Assembly: GCA_025201805.1 (NCBI GenBank)
Contig: MU619364.1
Location: forward strand, 1-64,000
Reading direction: 5' to 3'
DNA: 64,000 nt
From: Parasitella parasitica NRRL 2501
Lineage: Eukaryota > Fungi > Mucoromycota
The position numbers and the translations under genes were made by a program. The notes under the pieces were generated by a model. That model ran no database searches. It was not told where the DNA came from and saw nothing but the letters and a program-made list of their open reading frames with translations. This document shows, piece after piece, positions 25,174 through 36,964 of this stretch (positions within the stretch are counted from its first letter, which is position 1; each line of letters starts with the position of its first letter).

Positions 25174-25270
25174 TACTGTAGAGTATCAAATTCTGAATAG
25201 CGGATAACACTCGCTATACCAAACAAATTTTTGTATACCAACCTGTCCGTTATAACGAGTCCCGACTGTA
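25174..25270. mobile_element. Possible pogo/Tc1-type MITE remnant
   Basis: Right end cgttataacgagtcccgactgta (reverse complement TACAGTCGGGACTCGTTATAACG) resembles pogo-like TIRs; left end degenerate. Confidence 0.35.
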
Positions 25271-25868
25271 AATTCTCTCTTTGATATTGGATAAACTGAC
25301 TTGACTCAACAGATGTAACATAAAATGATAATGTAAAGTTATAAAAATAGAAATTCCCATTTGCTTGAATATGCTATGATTTTTGAAAAGACACATAATT
25401 AAATAATTGGTTTAAACCTAGATTCAGGGATAAACTGCCATTTTGTAAATGCAGCTTGATACTTTTAAACCTTTTTTAGTTTAAATGCCTATGCAGCTCT
25501 ATGGACTTGTCTAAATATTTGAGCTTATTTAGACGTCTAATTTCTAACGGGTATATTTGGAATAATTTATCAACATTTAAACATTATGGAATTCAAACAA
25601 TTTTGTATTCTGGTTAATTGATGATTGTTCAGTTTCAGGTTCTAAAGTACATGTCGTTAGTGTCGATAAAGAGTTTTCATTGCATGAAAAATGAGATAAT
25701 AAAAAACCCAAATAATCATTCATTTAAAAATACCTATTACTCCTGCACAATGGCTGTTTGATCAAAAATAAAATAATTAGAACGCCGCAATTTCGCATAT
25801 CATTATAAAATGTTCTCTATTCTTGGGCATTTTTAATCTAAAATAGAAATCTAAAAATGTGCTTGTAT

Positions 25869-26690
25869 TTAATACTTGTCCCTGCTTGAAATATTCTTAG
25901 GGGGACATTTCTCTTCTCTCAGAGACATCTCAGTTTTCATCAGAAATAAAAAGTTTGTTATCAGAAATCCTTCCGTAATTCCTTTTGATAATGTGTCTTC
26001 CTGCCACTGCCCAAACTGTTCTATTGGATTAAGCTCAGGAGAATAGGTAGGAAGATACGCTTTATTTATATCCTCGATACTCAACATACTTCTTTATGTT
26101 TTCATGTGTGTGAATGGGTGTATTATCCATGAACTACGCAGTGACCTTTCATATGTGAATGTTTACTCTTTTCAGTGAGAGTTGTTTTAAAGAAACTGAT
26201 GTAGTGGCCTGTCTTTTCAATGGAAGGCTGCATTTACTTTTCATAATAATGTTATAAACAGTGCATTTCGTATGTGAATGCTCAACTGCTTGGCTGCACT
26301 TTTTAATCTTCAGATCGAAAAATCAAACCTTATCCTGGATCGTATACCGAACATAATCCCATTTTATGCTTGCCTCCTTCATATGAATGTCATCATCTTT
26401 TGGCTTTTCAATTTGCATTGGGCAAGCCAAAGATTCGCTGGAAGCAAAGTTTTCCAAGTAATCAGTGTGAGTCGCAATTGTTTCAACAACGATCTCATTC
26501 TGATCCAACAATGTACTCCCAAGGACTCAGGACCGCCATTTTCATTGAGAACATCCCCCATGTCCCTCTTCAATCAAAAATACTGCACCGATCTTCGCTA
26601 TTTGGAATCACTGTGAACACCGTCATCTTTAAATTTACAGGCAATTTATATTAGTCGAACTGGGGTGTATCGAGTTGATCTTCAAACATG
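25869..26690 (-). pseudogene. Decayed, internally deleted Tc1/IS630 transposase forming and extending the right arm of element A
   Basis: N-terminal HTH remnant, GHYISFLKTTL and YLPTYSPELNPIEQF (catalytic E motif); multiple stops. Confidence 0.75.
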
Positions 26691-27315
26691 ATTTGTTGCT
26701 AGCTGAATTTTCTTTCTACTTGATTTTTTTTTTTTTGCCTTCTCATTACATATAGTGCATTAGTTTGCTATCATTTGTTGTGGCAACCATAGTATTTTTA
26801 TTTGAAAATTAGCAGCAATTATAATGTCTGATGGAGACAAGATGAGGACATCAGTGAACCGACTCTTTGTTGAGTCTGGCGAAAAGGATAGGTAGACATG
26901 ATGCATTTTATGCGTTTGATTTAATGCTGATTGAAACCAGACTTTTGCAATTGCTACGGGCTCGTCTCTCCGATTCTGGATGGACGGATAGTTTAGACGC
27001 TTATAGTCGAGGTAATGGCAGATATGATCCATAGAGTTGGCTCAACACTCACACAAGTTTGGCGTCCATCTAGACGTTATCAAGGCTAAAAATTTACAAG
27101 AAATTTCGTTTGAAGGTCTGATTAGAGAAATTGGAGATCATGGCAGATGTACTATATTGTGTTTCTTGTAAATATAACAAATTTCTAATATGTGTGTGTA
27201 TTTTTTTTTCCAGCAACTGTCAGCGAAACAATCAAAAAGGATTTATTAGAGAGCATAAAAAAGTTCTTGGATGATCATCTTGGATAAGTCTGCTTTTTTT
27301 TTTTTTTTTTTTTTT

Positions 27316-28067
27316 TTAGTGAGCAACAACCTCATTCACTTCCTCAACAACACCGCGTATGATCGGCTTTGTTTCCCTCAAATTCAAACGCATAGCTAAA
27401 GCATCCTCGCCATCGGCGTAATACTTTTTCTCGATATCATGCACACTAATCAAAATATCCATAAATACACGGTGAATAAACAAACACATCAAAGCAATCA
27501 CTTACTCAAATTTCAAGGTATCTCTATAAAGGCCAATGGCAGCACGGTTGGTTTTACGAACATGCAACGAGACATAGTGTGCTCCAAAGACTGTGGCCAT
27601 TTGAGCAGTGGCTTGAGTCATTAGTTTTTGAGCAAGGCCTAAGCGTCTATAAGTGCGCATAACAGATAAAGATGTGATATGACCATGGGGGGCATCTGAA
27701 GGCTCTTCTTCCCTGTTGGATTTCATATATTACTATTTTGCATTTTTCAACACATTATCAACCTGCATTTACATCTTTGCCAATACGTAGCCAACAACCT
27801 TCCCATTTTCATCTTCTGCCACAAAAGATAATTGAGGCCAAGTTAAAGCATGGTAAAGATCTAATGTTCGCAAAAGAGTCAGAAATCGCAATACAAAATG
27901 CAGGGTGTTTTTTACATGTTTACAATATTTCATTTGGTAGTTTTCGGGAAGGTCCAATAGATTACAGTTTTGGATATAGATCATATCGTCGACCTGTGTG
28001 AGCATGAGTTTCTCTAGATATCTGAAAAGCAATTATAAACACTTACGGTGGCCTGTCTAATATTCAT
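27316..28067 (-). CDS. ARD1: N-terminal acetyltransferase A catalytic subunit ARD1/NAA10, multi-exon
   Basis: MNIRQAT...[30 protein letters not shown]...GYVLAKMEE...[19 protein letters not shown]...[12 protein letters not shown]...KYYADGEDA. Confidence 0.96.
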
Positions 28068-28238
28068 GATGGCTATATTATGTTAGGTTGGAAAATAAAG
28101 AGAGAAAGCGAATGATGTTTAGACACAATCTTTTTAGACTAAAAGCCACTAGTCAACTCAAGTTTCGTGTCGCTTTTAAACAACCGCTAAAACATCTCTT
28201 CTCTCTTTCAAGGTCATTACTGGAACGATAGAAGAACA

Positions 28239-31200
28239 ATGTCAGATCCGAGTATTGTGCAAGTAGAAGGAGTAATTTAATCTGAAAGCTTGATGCGTTC
28301 TTTATTTTTAACGAGTACAGCAGCTTATAGAGGAACTGTATAGTTCAAATGACACTCTTCTCGCAAAACAAATTCAAGAACAGTTGCAATCACTTCAGAA
28401 ACAGCCTTATGCTTGGGAAATTGCGTCGCAGTTGTTGGCCTCACAGGTAATTCGCTACAATATTGAGAGGATATCCTTGACAAATTTCGCATAATTCAGT
28501 CAAAACAATGTCAATTCTTTGGAGCACACACCTTTCAAGTAAAAATTACTAGTCATTGGTAAAGAAAAAAAAAAAAGAAATAAATAATCATAGATATTTA
28601 TCGACTAAAACAGGGAAACGTTACCAGAAGATAAAGTAGAATGGCTGAAAAATGAATTACTTGGTTGGATAGTTCGACTTTGTGGAGGTCCTGCCTTTGT
28701 CACGACCAAATTGTGCGTAGCAGTAAGGTTACTGGGTCGGTTTCGAATCCTTGTAGATGTTGACATGGTTACTATAGCTGATCGCTTTTGCCTTTCATAC
28801 TGCATCTGGTCAATGGCCTCACTTTATACCAGCAACTTTGGAGGCATTGCAACTTTCATCACACACTTATGGAGTCCCTACCGATGTGGTCAATTCAGTC
28901 ATATTAGAATTCCTGACACTTGTGCCTGAAGAGGTGTCTAATTCCAACATTGCTGGAGGTCGTAGGCTTCAGTTGATCGGACAAGTTAAAGAGAGCATTC
29001 CACTTGTATTATCGACTATATTATCTAATTTACGGAATCGAACGTCAACAGAGATTCAACAAAAGACATTGCGATGCCTACAAAGCTGGGTTCAATATGG
29101 CTTCAGTCTTGAAGAAGGATATGCAATACTGCAAGAAGTCATGTCTTTATTAGGTGATCCTGACCTGTTTGAACCGGCAGTAGATGTGTTGTTAGAATCA
29201 ATGCAGCAGTCGAGCTGGGCCAAATATCACAACTATAGAAACGATTTATTAACTTGCTTTACAAGCAAGGCAATGAAGGAGAAATTTGAATCATGTATGG
29301 CAGAGGAGGATGAGGACACAGCAAGAGTGATTGCAAAGTTGTTGACAGCATTTGGAGAAACTTATACTGATTATATTGCGGTTCAATTAGCAAGGCCTGA
29401 TATCTATTGGATTATGACAATGATTATCCGATTAAGTGATTTCAAGGGTTTCTTTCCTGTTGATCAAGAAGTAACCGAGATTCCTCTTAACTTTTGGTAC
29501 AACTTGCAAGAAACTTTATTTGACGAGTGCATTTTACCTGTGAAACAGCTACCGCCTGCTGATCAGGAAAACAGTACAGAGCAACAATGGAAGTTCACTT
29601 GTGGACAGGCGGCTTTGGCTATCTATCGAGACTTGGTCGAAATTTGGGCCCAAGGCGCACGTTTCCCGGATGAGCTCACTTGGGTATCATGGAATAAAGG
29701 TACAGCAGACGGACCCAGCAATGGTAGGCATTAAGGAATTAACATTTTTCTAGATATCAGAGATAAGTTCAAGATTTGGAGAAGAGATTTAGGCGATACA
29801 ATGATCAACCCTTATTACGTTTTAAGAGAGGAGATGCTTGATATTTTATTAAATCATACTGTACGTATCATAAACCAGTGGACATCACTAACAAATCCAT
29901 CTCAGGTAAGTCTTTAATAGATGCATAGAGCAATGTTCCGCATATTTATTCATGTATTCACAGAGTTTGGAAGGGACTCTATTTTGTTTAAAGAGCATTT
30001 CCGAGGAAATTACCGCTGATGAAAACCTTCATGTTGCTCGATTCTTTGGACCTGAAATTCTGGGTAGATTGCCCATCGATTGCGGCAGTCGTTTAAAGGG
30101 CACAGTCTTGATATTAATGGGATCTTTTGCTGAATGGCTTAAAACACACCCACAATATCTCGGGTCTGTGATGAATTATATCGTACCCTGTCTTAGTGAC
30201 CCTCAATTGGCGCCGGCTGCTAGTTGCGCGTTTGCAGACATATGCGACACATGCCGAGAATTGCTTGTGGATGAGTTGGCTGGATTGATGCGCGTCTATG
30301 CAGCAATGACAAGCTCGAACATCAGGCCCAACATTATGCAAAAGGTGGTTGAAGCAGTCGCTAATGCTATTCAGGTGCTCCCTCCCGACAAAGCAATGGG
30401 CCCATTAATGGTAAATGTGTGCTGACACACAACGCAATTCAGCCAGGACTAAATGTTTTTAATATAGTCTTTAACAGGTGATATCCTTCAAGGCATTTCA
30501 AAGGCAATAGCAAATACTGAGAAGGATCCTCAAGGTTCTCGTGATACCGTCTTGGTTCAGCTGCAATACTTGTCAGCTTGTTGCCGTGGAATCCAGTCGC
30601 CTAATGACGATTATCAATCACTTGGTGTGCGTAACTCAGTATACGATGCCTTTGCTAGCGGACAGTTGTTGGCCATGTATGCCCATATAGACGGATTCAG
30701 CCAAGTAACCTACGCTATTCGAGAATCGTCGTCGCAAATCGCTAGAGTTTGGGGTACGGATGAACTCATAGCAAAGGCGCTATCCACTTTTTTGGAACAG
30801 GGCATACGCTCCACCAGTCCATTACTAAGTTTGGATTTCATTGATCTTGCAGCTCTTGTGGAGTCTAGCTACGTTGCTGCGCCATTCGCTTGTTGGTTGG
30901 ATGCAGCGTCTTTCATGATGACAGTATACGGTGGGCAACAGATGTATATTGAAAGACTAAGAGATTTATTGGGTGTGATTACCACCAAGACACTGGGCTT
31001 TATACATGGAGCTGAAGGTAACTACGACGGTGATGTTAGCACAGTGTAATTATTACTTGATTTACGATGTTTATAGCGATGGAGAACTACCCTGATGTTG
31101 TGGATAGCTATTATGGGTTATTATCAAGGGTAGGGTAATGCGGGCTCACACATCCACTGTTTATATTGCTAATCAGTAACAACAGGCCATTGCCCGCTGT

Positions 31201-31654
31201 CCATTAGCGTTTTATCAGTTGCCGCCCGATATGATCAATACTGTATTCCTATTCGTGATTGCAGGCATGGGATTGCAGGAAAAACTAGCGTTGAGGGCTG
31301 CACTGAATTTCATGGTAAACGAGAATAGAAGCCAAATGTAGAGCTGACTTACCCGACTAAAATACAATTCTTGTGCAGGCTGATTTTATCAACCAGGTTA
31401 CCCAAGAAAATTCGGAAATAGCAAAGATGATAGATACAATCATCGTGGATATGGGATTTCAAATTATGGAACAGCTATTATTGGCAAGTAGCATGCTTTT
31501 CCTTCCATTTATTTCAAGCTGACATGCCGTATAAATAGGGAATTGGTGGCCGTGTGCCTAGATCTTTCTTGGGCCCACTTGTGGATGTGCTGTTTAAAAT
31601 CATTGGAAAATACTTGCAACCTAGTCGACAGTGGTTACATACGTTACTATCGAT

Positions 31655-31712
<58 letters not shown>

Positions 31713-31887
31713 AGCCCACTGCAGGAACACCAATAAGATGATTTGTATTGATTCCTGTTCTTGTCATAGGATGGTTTTCCCTCGACCTTGGTCAGCGCAA
31801 GCGATAAGGAGATGTTCCTCAAAGGAGTCTTGGGGCAAGTATTTTTTGTTTCTATCATTTACAACGTTCTTGTGTAATATTAACTTT

Positions 31888-31933
<46 letters not shown>

Positions 31934-32016
31934 GAACAAGATCTTTCAAGAGATTCAAAGAGACTACGAATGCGTTTTCGATAAAATGTAGAGGTTTAGG
32001 AAATACATCGTTTTGA
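28239..32016 (+). CDS. Importin-beta family karyopherin (importin-13/transportin-3-like), multi-exon
   Basis: QLQSLQKQPYAWEIASQLL...QFFGAHTFQVKI; LEFLTLVPEEV; GFFPVDQEVTEIPLNFWYNLQE; LEGTLFCLKSISE; YPDVVDSYY; HEAT-like helices. Confidence 0.85.
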
Positions 32017-32191
32017 AAAGTTTGAATTTATTTAATAAATATAAATAATGTCATTAAAGAAAATCAAACATTACACTAAGTTTGTGTTAGTGCAACGCTT
32101 TATATATAATTTACTGAAGAACCATTTCTTTTGTCTTTTTCTCCTTACTTTTCTTTTTTCTTTTTTTTCTTTCTTTCTTTCTTTAAAAATA

Positions 32192-34153
32192 ATGGTAGGG
32201 ATAAAAGGCCCAAAATCGCCTCTGATCTCAAATCATGCTGTAGCATCACATAACCCGATTCAATTAGCTGCTATTTCAAACTACAAATTGGCTCAGCTTA
32301 CATTTGCTCCACCGGACCTTCATTCGCTGAGAAAGACTGCTGTGATCAAGAACATGCTGCACGATGTATACACATCCACTCCGCCAGAATGGCTGCAACA
32401 GATGACTAGATGGCAGTATTTCACTCCAGAGTAATTTTCCTACTTGTCGGTACCTGGCCCAGACATTTCGCTAACCCTCCTATTTAGATCATTAGAAGAA
32501 ATGACTCAAGCAGGGCTCGAGGAAATATTCCAACAGTATGTGCAGACCATTGAAGCTTTTCGACCTGTCAAGCCAACACATTCGTACCAATACGACGATG
32601 AACTGTTCGATGAAGAGGACGATAGCCAAGGGGACGATCTCTGGATTGCTGCTGAAGAAGAGCATGATTTGTCTCGTCCATCCTTCCAATTGATTGAGCA
32701 GCAACCACAGCTGCAGGAACAGGAACAGGAGCAGGAATCTTGTCAATCGAAAACCGACTCTATAGACTCTTCCACCTCCAGCATATTCTCGCAGCCTAAT
32801 GCAGCCATATCCAATGAATCCGTTGGCAACGATATGCCAGCTCGTGCACCTTCGCCGCTTGCTGAGAAACCTCTGCCAGCCAGCCCTGTTATTCTTGGCA
32901 ATGATACAGCAAAACAAGCAAGGAGAAAGAGTGGATTTGGAGGCAGCAAAAATAGACTGAGCTGGACCAGTGATACCGGTATCACCTCCAGCATTGTATC
33001 GCAGAATTTGGCAAATGAGATTATGAGTTTATTTGATATGGACTTTGCAATTGACATCAAGGTGGACACTGCACCCAAGCTGCCCGAGTTACCTTTCAAA
33101 CCTAGGCGTCGATCACAGCAGCGGCAATCGCAGGACATGCTGACAAGTCTAATGCCTGCTTTCGAGAAAATAGCCCTGGAACATTCTCTGTGTGCTTCCG
33201 GCGCACCTAATATAAAGACGAACCTGGTTGTTCGATCTGTGCCTCAAAGATCCTCGTCATTACGGCATAGACAGCAACTGCAACCCGGTGCCACCAAAAC
33301 CCCTATTTCTCCTCCAGCAACGCCTTCTGACTCGCCGCCAGTAGTGGTTGAAAAAACTCTATCAAAAAAGAAATCACTGCTTCGACTTGCTTCGCTGATG
33401 GCAGGTAAAAAGTCCTCGCACAAAGAGCTGCCAAACAGCCCTGAGCCGTCTCCCATCACCGCAAACGGAGCCTACTATCATGAACCTCCCACAGTACTCT
33501 TGTCGAATGGCCTAGCAACAGCCGTTGTTACAACAACGACGACAACAACGCCAACAAAGGCTACCAATACCCCAAGAAAAACAAGCACATCGACAGTCGA
33601 CTCATCGACGAGCTCATCTTCTTCTTCCTGGTCTTTTGCATCCGAGGATGGCGCATTGAAGACTGCAACTACTCGTCGGCCACAGAAGCCTCTACCTGAG
33701 CCACCAAGCTCGCCTACTTTAGCTCCTTCCAATGGCAGCAACATTAGATCAAAGCGCTCAGTCAAAAAGAAGAGAAAGTCCATCATGGAGAAAACTATAC
33801 CAAAACGTAAGAGCAGTGGTGCTTCAGGTAATGTCGATCCGAATCTGCAGGCGGAAAAGGGACTTGGTCGGTCGAAATCTGCATTCATCAAAATTGGCAA
33901 TGGCTTGAAATCGAGGAAGCATTTGAAGCAAGTTAGAAGAACATCGTCTGCCAAGAATTTCTCGCAACATCAGTTGCAGCAAGACATTGGCACCAACTTT
34001 CAGTACCACACATCTTCTGAATTGGACAACATATACACAGGCGTATCGGAAGAATCGATTGTGCCAATAAACGGATCGCAACAAAGCTTTGTGAAAAGAA
34101 TGGCTTCCTTTAATTGGCGTATGAAGCCTAAAAATAAAGCTGTTGCAGCCTAA
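32192..34153 (+). CDS. Uncharacterised Ser/Pro-rich protein with N-terminal SERTA-like motif (2 exons)
   Basis: Exon 1 MVGIKGPK...FTPE, a GT-AG intron at about 32431-32487, then a long low-complexity exon 2. Confidence 0.7.
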
Positions 34154-34181
34154 ATATAACCTCATAGCACGCAAGCATAGA

Positions 34182-34184
<3 letters not shown>

Positions 34185-34217
<33 letters not shown>
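34185..34217. repeat. (CT)n microsatellite
   Basis: Directly visible. Confidence 0.9.
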
Positions 34218-34221
<4 letters not shown>

Positions 34222-34512
34222 CTCCCCCCTCTTCCTCATTATCTCCTAGCTAATTACCATAAATAAAAATTAAGGCTTGGACTCGTTTTTGAACAGCTTA
34301 CAAATCCGCATTAGCTGCAATTCATGCTACAAGCATTGATCTAGTACAGCTGAGTCGATATGTATAACGAGTGCAACACAATGCAACGGCATAAGGTAGC
34401 ACCAATAACTGGTTTAATGGGAATCATATTAATATAAACAAACACTCTATCTCCCCTTTTCATTTTTTTTTTTTTATCTTATATTGTTCCCTTTTTGCAA
34501 ATCTCTTCTTAT

Positions 34513-36474
34513 ATGATCAAGGCTGAGCTTCCACCTGAATTTCTTCAGCAAGTGGCTAGGTACCTATCACAGCAAGATTGCTGCAGCGCCTTGTATGTTT
34601 GCAAATCATGGTTCCGCGCATTTCAAAGGTCAGTCTACAGGAAAATCTACATTGACTCTGACGCACAGCTGCAGAAGCTGCTCGATTCCTTGAGCCGGTC
34701 GTATGAGTTGTATCCGCCAGACTCGTACCATAACGGCCTGGTTATCCGAGAAATCCACTTGATGCGTGAGCAACAAGATACGCTGCCGCGCCCAGCAAGC
34801 CATCAAGACCGCGGACAGCACGTACGTCTGTCTCAAGAAAACTTTGACCTAATGGCAAAGCTATGTCCTGAGCTGGAGGTGCTGGACTTTGACATCGCAG
34901 AGTGGCAGCACATCAAACTGGACCCGACGACGACAAGCCCATGGAAGCACATGCGGCAATGTGCCCCCCTCAACTACTCAGACTTTAGCTCTCCATTTCT
35001 AGCCGCTTTCGACGGCTCGAGGCTATCGCATTTGCACCTGAATCATCGGCCAGAGGATTTGGGCCAGATTGTTGGCAGCTTGAAAAACGTGCCGAATCTG
35101 GAAGACGTTACACTTGAAATGAATGACACTGAAAACGACGCAGCTTCTTCCTTGTCGCTCACCAAATATTTGCAGCAGATGCATGCACAATTACCTCGTC
35201 TAAGGAGCTTCAACTTTATCCGTACAAAAACACCACATCAAGAGTCGTCTGCTCCATTGCACGACCCCCGCTTCTTGGCGGCCTTTACCGAGCCATGTCG
35301 CAACCTGCAATCACTCTCGCTGCACGGACACGTAGACTCTTTCAAGTGGTTCGAGTTCATCAGCTCCAGCTACCCGCAACTGCAGTCTCTGTCCTTGACT
35401 CAACTGACAACCAGTCGCTTTGGCACTAAATGGATGTGGCAGAATGCTCTTGTGCAAATGATCCAGTCGCTGCCACTGCTAAAGTCGCTTACATTAGGGG
35501 GTAAAAACGCGCCGCAGCTGTTCTCAAAGGCCTTTGCGGTGGAGCTTGGAAACCCCACGTGTTCGATCGACAACCTGTACATAGACTTTGAGACGTACCA
35601 AGCAATCGAGTCATGCCAGTTTCTGCTGCTCGTGCAATCGTGCGGTCTCAACCAGCTCAAGTTTTTGAGGCTACGCGTCTGGGAGCAGATCCCAGGCTGG
35701 TCGGGAGTGACGTCGAACCTGTTTCACTGCAAGCAGCTGCAGACGCTGGAGCTCTCGCTGTCAAAGGGCCTGATGGACCAGTTTCCATTCACGCCGTTTC
35801 TTGTGGATCATCTCTTGGGCCATCTACCTCTGCTGGAAAACTTGACATTGGTAGGCGCGAACGTGCAGGTCACGTACAACAACTTTGTCGACCTTGATAA
35901 GGGGTCCTTCAAGCTGCAGAGACTGGAGCTTCGTCAGTCTAAAATCGAAAACCACGAAGCCGTGTTCATGTATCTTTCCACTTGCTGCCCGCGTCTGGAT
36001 ACGTTGCTACTGGAAAAATGCGAGATTGAGAAAAAGAGGCAGCACCAAGCAGTCCTGCCATCATCCACATGGAACGCGTGCTGTATCTCTCTGCCTTACA
36101 ACACAGTCGCTCAAGTCAAGCTGAGCTCCTTTTTGATATATCTCGGCACTGTGCGAAGCAATGATTTTATTGGCGTTGAACTGCTCTGCGAGCAGCAAGG
36201 CTACAGCAGGGTTGTCTGGTGCGAAACTGCTAAATCGGAAAAAGGACAGCAAATTTACCCTTCGTACCGTCTTTGTGAGGACCAAAACAAAGTTGCAGAG
36301 TTGACCGATCTCTACAAGACTCACCACAGCTCGTCATGTCCGTCGTCCCCTCCGAGTCCCATGCCGGGTAATTTCAGCCCTAATATTGGCATTATCACTT
36401 TCAAGTGCAAAGCACTGCTATCTGGCATAGCATTAGATAACTTGATAATATCAGCAAAGCATTTTAACGAGTAA
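34513..36474 (+). CDS. F-box protein with RNI-like leucine-rich repeats (intronless)
   Basis: F-box ELPPEFLQQVARYLSQQDCCSALYVCKSW; repeated LxxLxL (CPELEVLDF, VPNLEDVTL, YPQLQSLSL, LPLLKSLTL, CPRLDTLLL). Confidence 0.85.
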   Translation: MIKAELPPEFLQQVARYLSQQDCCSALYVCKSWFRAFQRSVYRKIYIDSDAQLQKLLDSLSRSYELYPPDSYHNGLVIREIHLMREQQDTLPRPASHQDRGQHVRLSQENFDLMAKLCPELEVLDFDIAEWQHIKLDPTTTSPWKHMRQCAPLNYSDFSSPFLAAFDGSRLSHLHLNHRPEDLGQIVGSLKNVPNLEDVTLEMNDTENDAASSLSLTKYLQQMHAQLPRLRSFNFIRTKTPHQESSAPLHDPRFLAAFTEPCRNLQSLSLHGHVDSFKWFEFISSSYPQLQSLSLTQLTTSRFGTKWMWQNALVQMIQSLPLLKSLTLGGKNAPQLFSKAFAVELGNPTCSIDNLYIDFETYQAIESCQFLLLVQSCGLNQLKFLRLRVWEQIPGWSGVTSNLFHCKQLQTLELSLSKGLMDQFPFTPFLVDHLLGHLPLLENLTLVGANVQVTYNNFVDLDKGSFKLQRLELRQSKIENHEAVFMYLSTCCPRLDTLLLEKCEIEKKRQHQAVLPSSTWNACCISLPYNTVAQVKLSSFLIYLGTVRSNDFIGVELLCEQQGYSRVVWCETAKSEKGQQIYPSYRLCEDQNKVAELTDLYKTHHSSSCPSSPPSPMPGNFSPNIGIITFKCKALLSGIALDNLIISAKHFNE

Positions 36475-36487
36475 AAAGTTTTATTGC

Positions 36488-36521
<34 letters not shown>
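36488..36521. repeat. (TTA)n microsatellite between convergent stop codons
   Basis: Directly visible. Confidence 0.85.
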
Positions 36522-36522
<1 letters not shown>

Positions 36523-36525
36523 TTA

Positions 36526-36825
36526 TTAGCAAATAACAGATTTGAAATCTGCTCTTGGCATGCGCATTGTATAATGAGCTGGGACGACGTAAAGAGTCCC
36601 CTTGCAGCCTTCATCCGTCCACATGGCACAATGAGAGCCTCCGCTATTCTTGACATGAGCAGCCTTGAATTGGCTTGGAAAATTTGCGCATCTATGGTCA
36701 GAGCTGAGAACACCTGATCGGGTTTGTTGATCCGATGTGTACAAAATTAATCCATCGCCAGTTGCAAAATAGGCGTAAATATAAGCAGGTAATGCGACTA
36801 GTAAAAACATCAGCTCAAACTTCAT
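36526..36825 (-). CDS. Small secreted protein with 4 Cys (99 aa)
   Basis: Signal peptide MKFELMFLLVALPAYIYA; mature part CANF...VKNSGGSHCAMWTDEGCKG...SVIC. Confidence 0.65.
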   Translation of the reverse strand: MKFELMFLLVALPAYIYAYFATGDGLILYTSDQQTRSGVLSSDHRCANFPSQFKAAHVKNSGGSHCAMWTDEGCKGTLYVVPAHYTMRMPRADFKSVIC

Positions 36826-36964
36826 TTTGAAAGCATACGATTGAAATGGTAACAAGTAAAAAAAAAAAAAGAATTGTAATTTATACAGGTGTGTTTGCTT
36901 TATTTATATTTCGAGTGATAATATTTACAGTAGAAAACATGCTACATGGGTTTCTCAATAAAAT

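Larger units (their letters stand above)
21088..26588. mobile_element. Decayed inverted-repeat-bounded element A: arms of about 375 bp (21088-~21465 and ~26210-26588) made of Tc1/IS630 transposase 5' sequence
   Basis: Mirror ORFs 21165..21353(+) and 26323..26511(-) give identical peptides. DYVRYTIQDKV*FFDLKIEKC resembles the HTH start of this transposase family. Confidence 0.8.
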
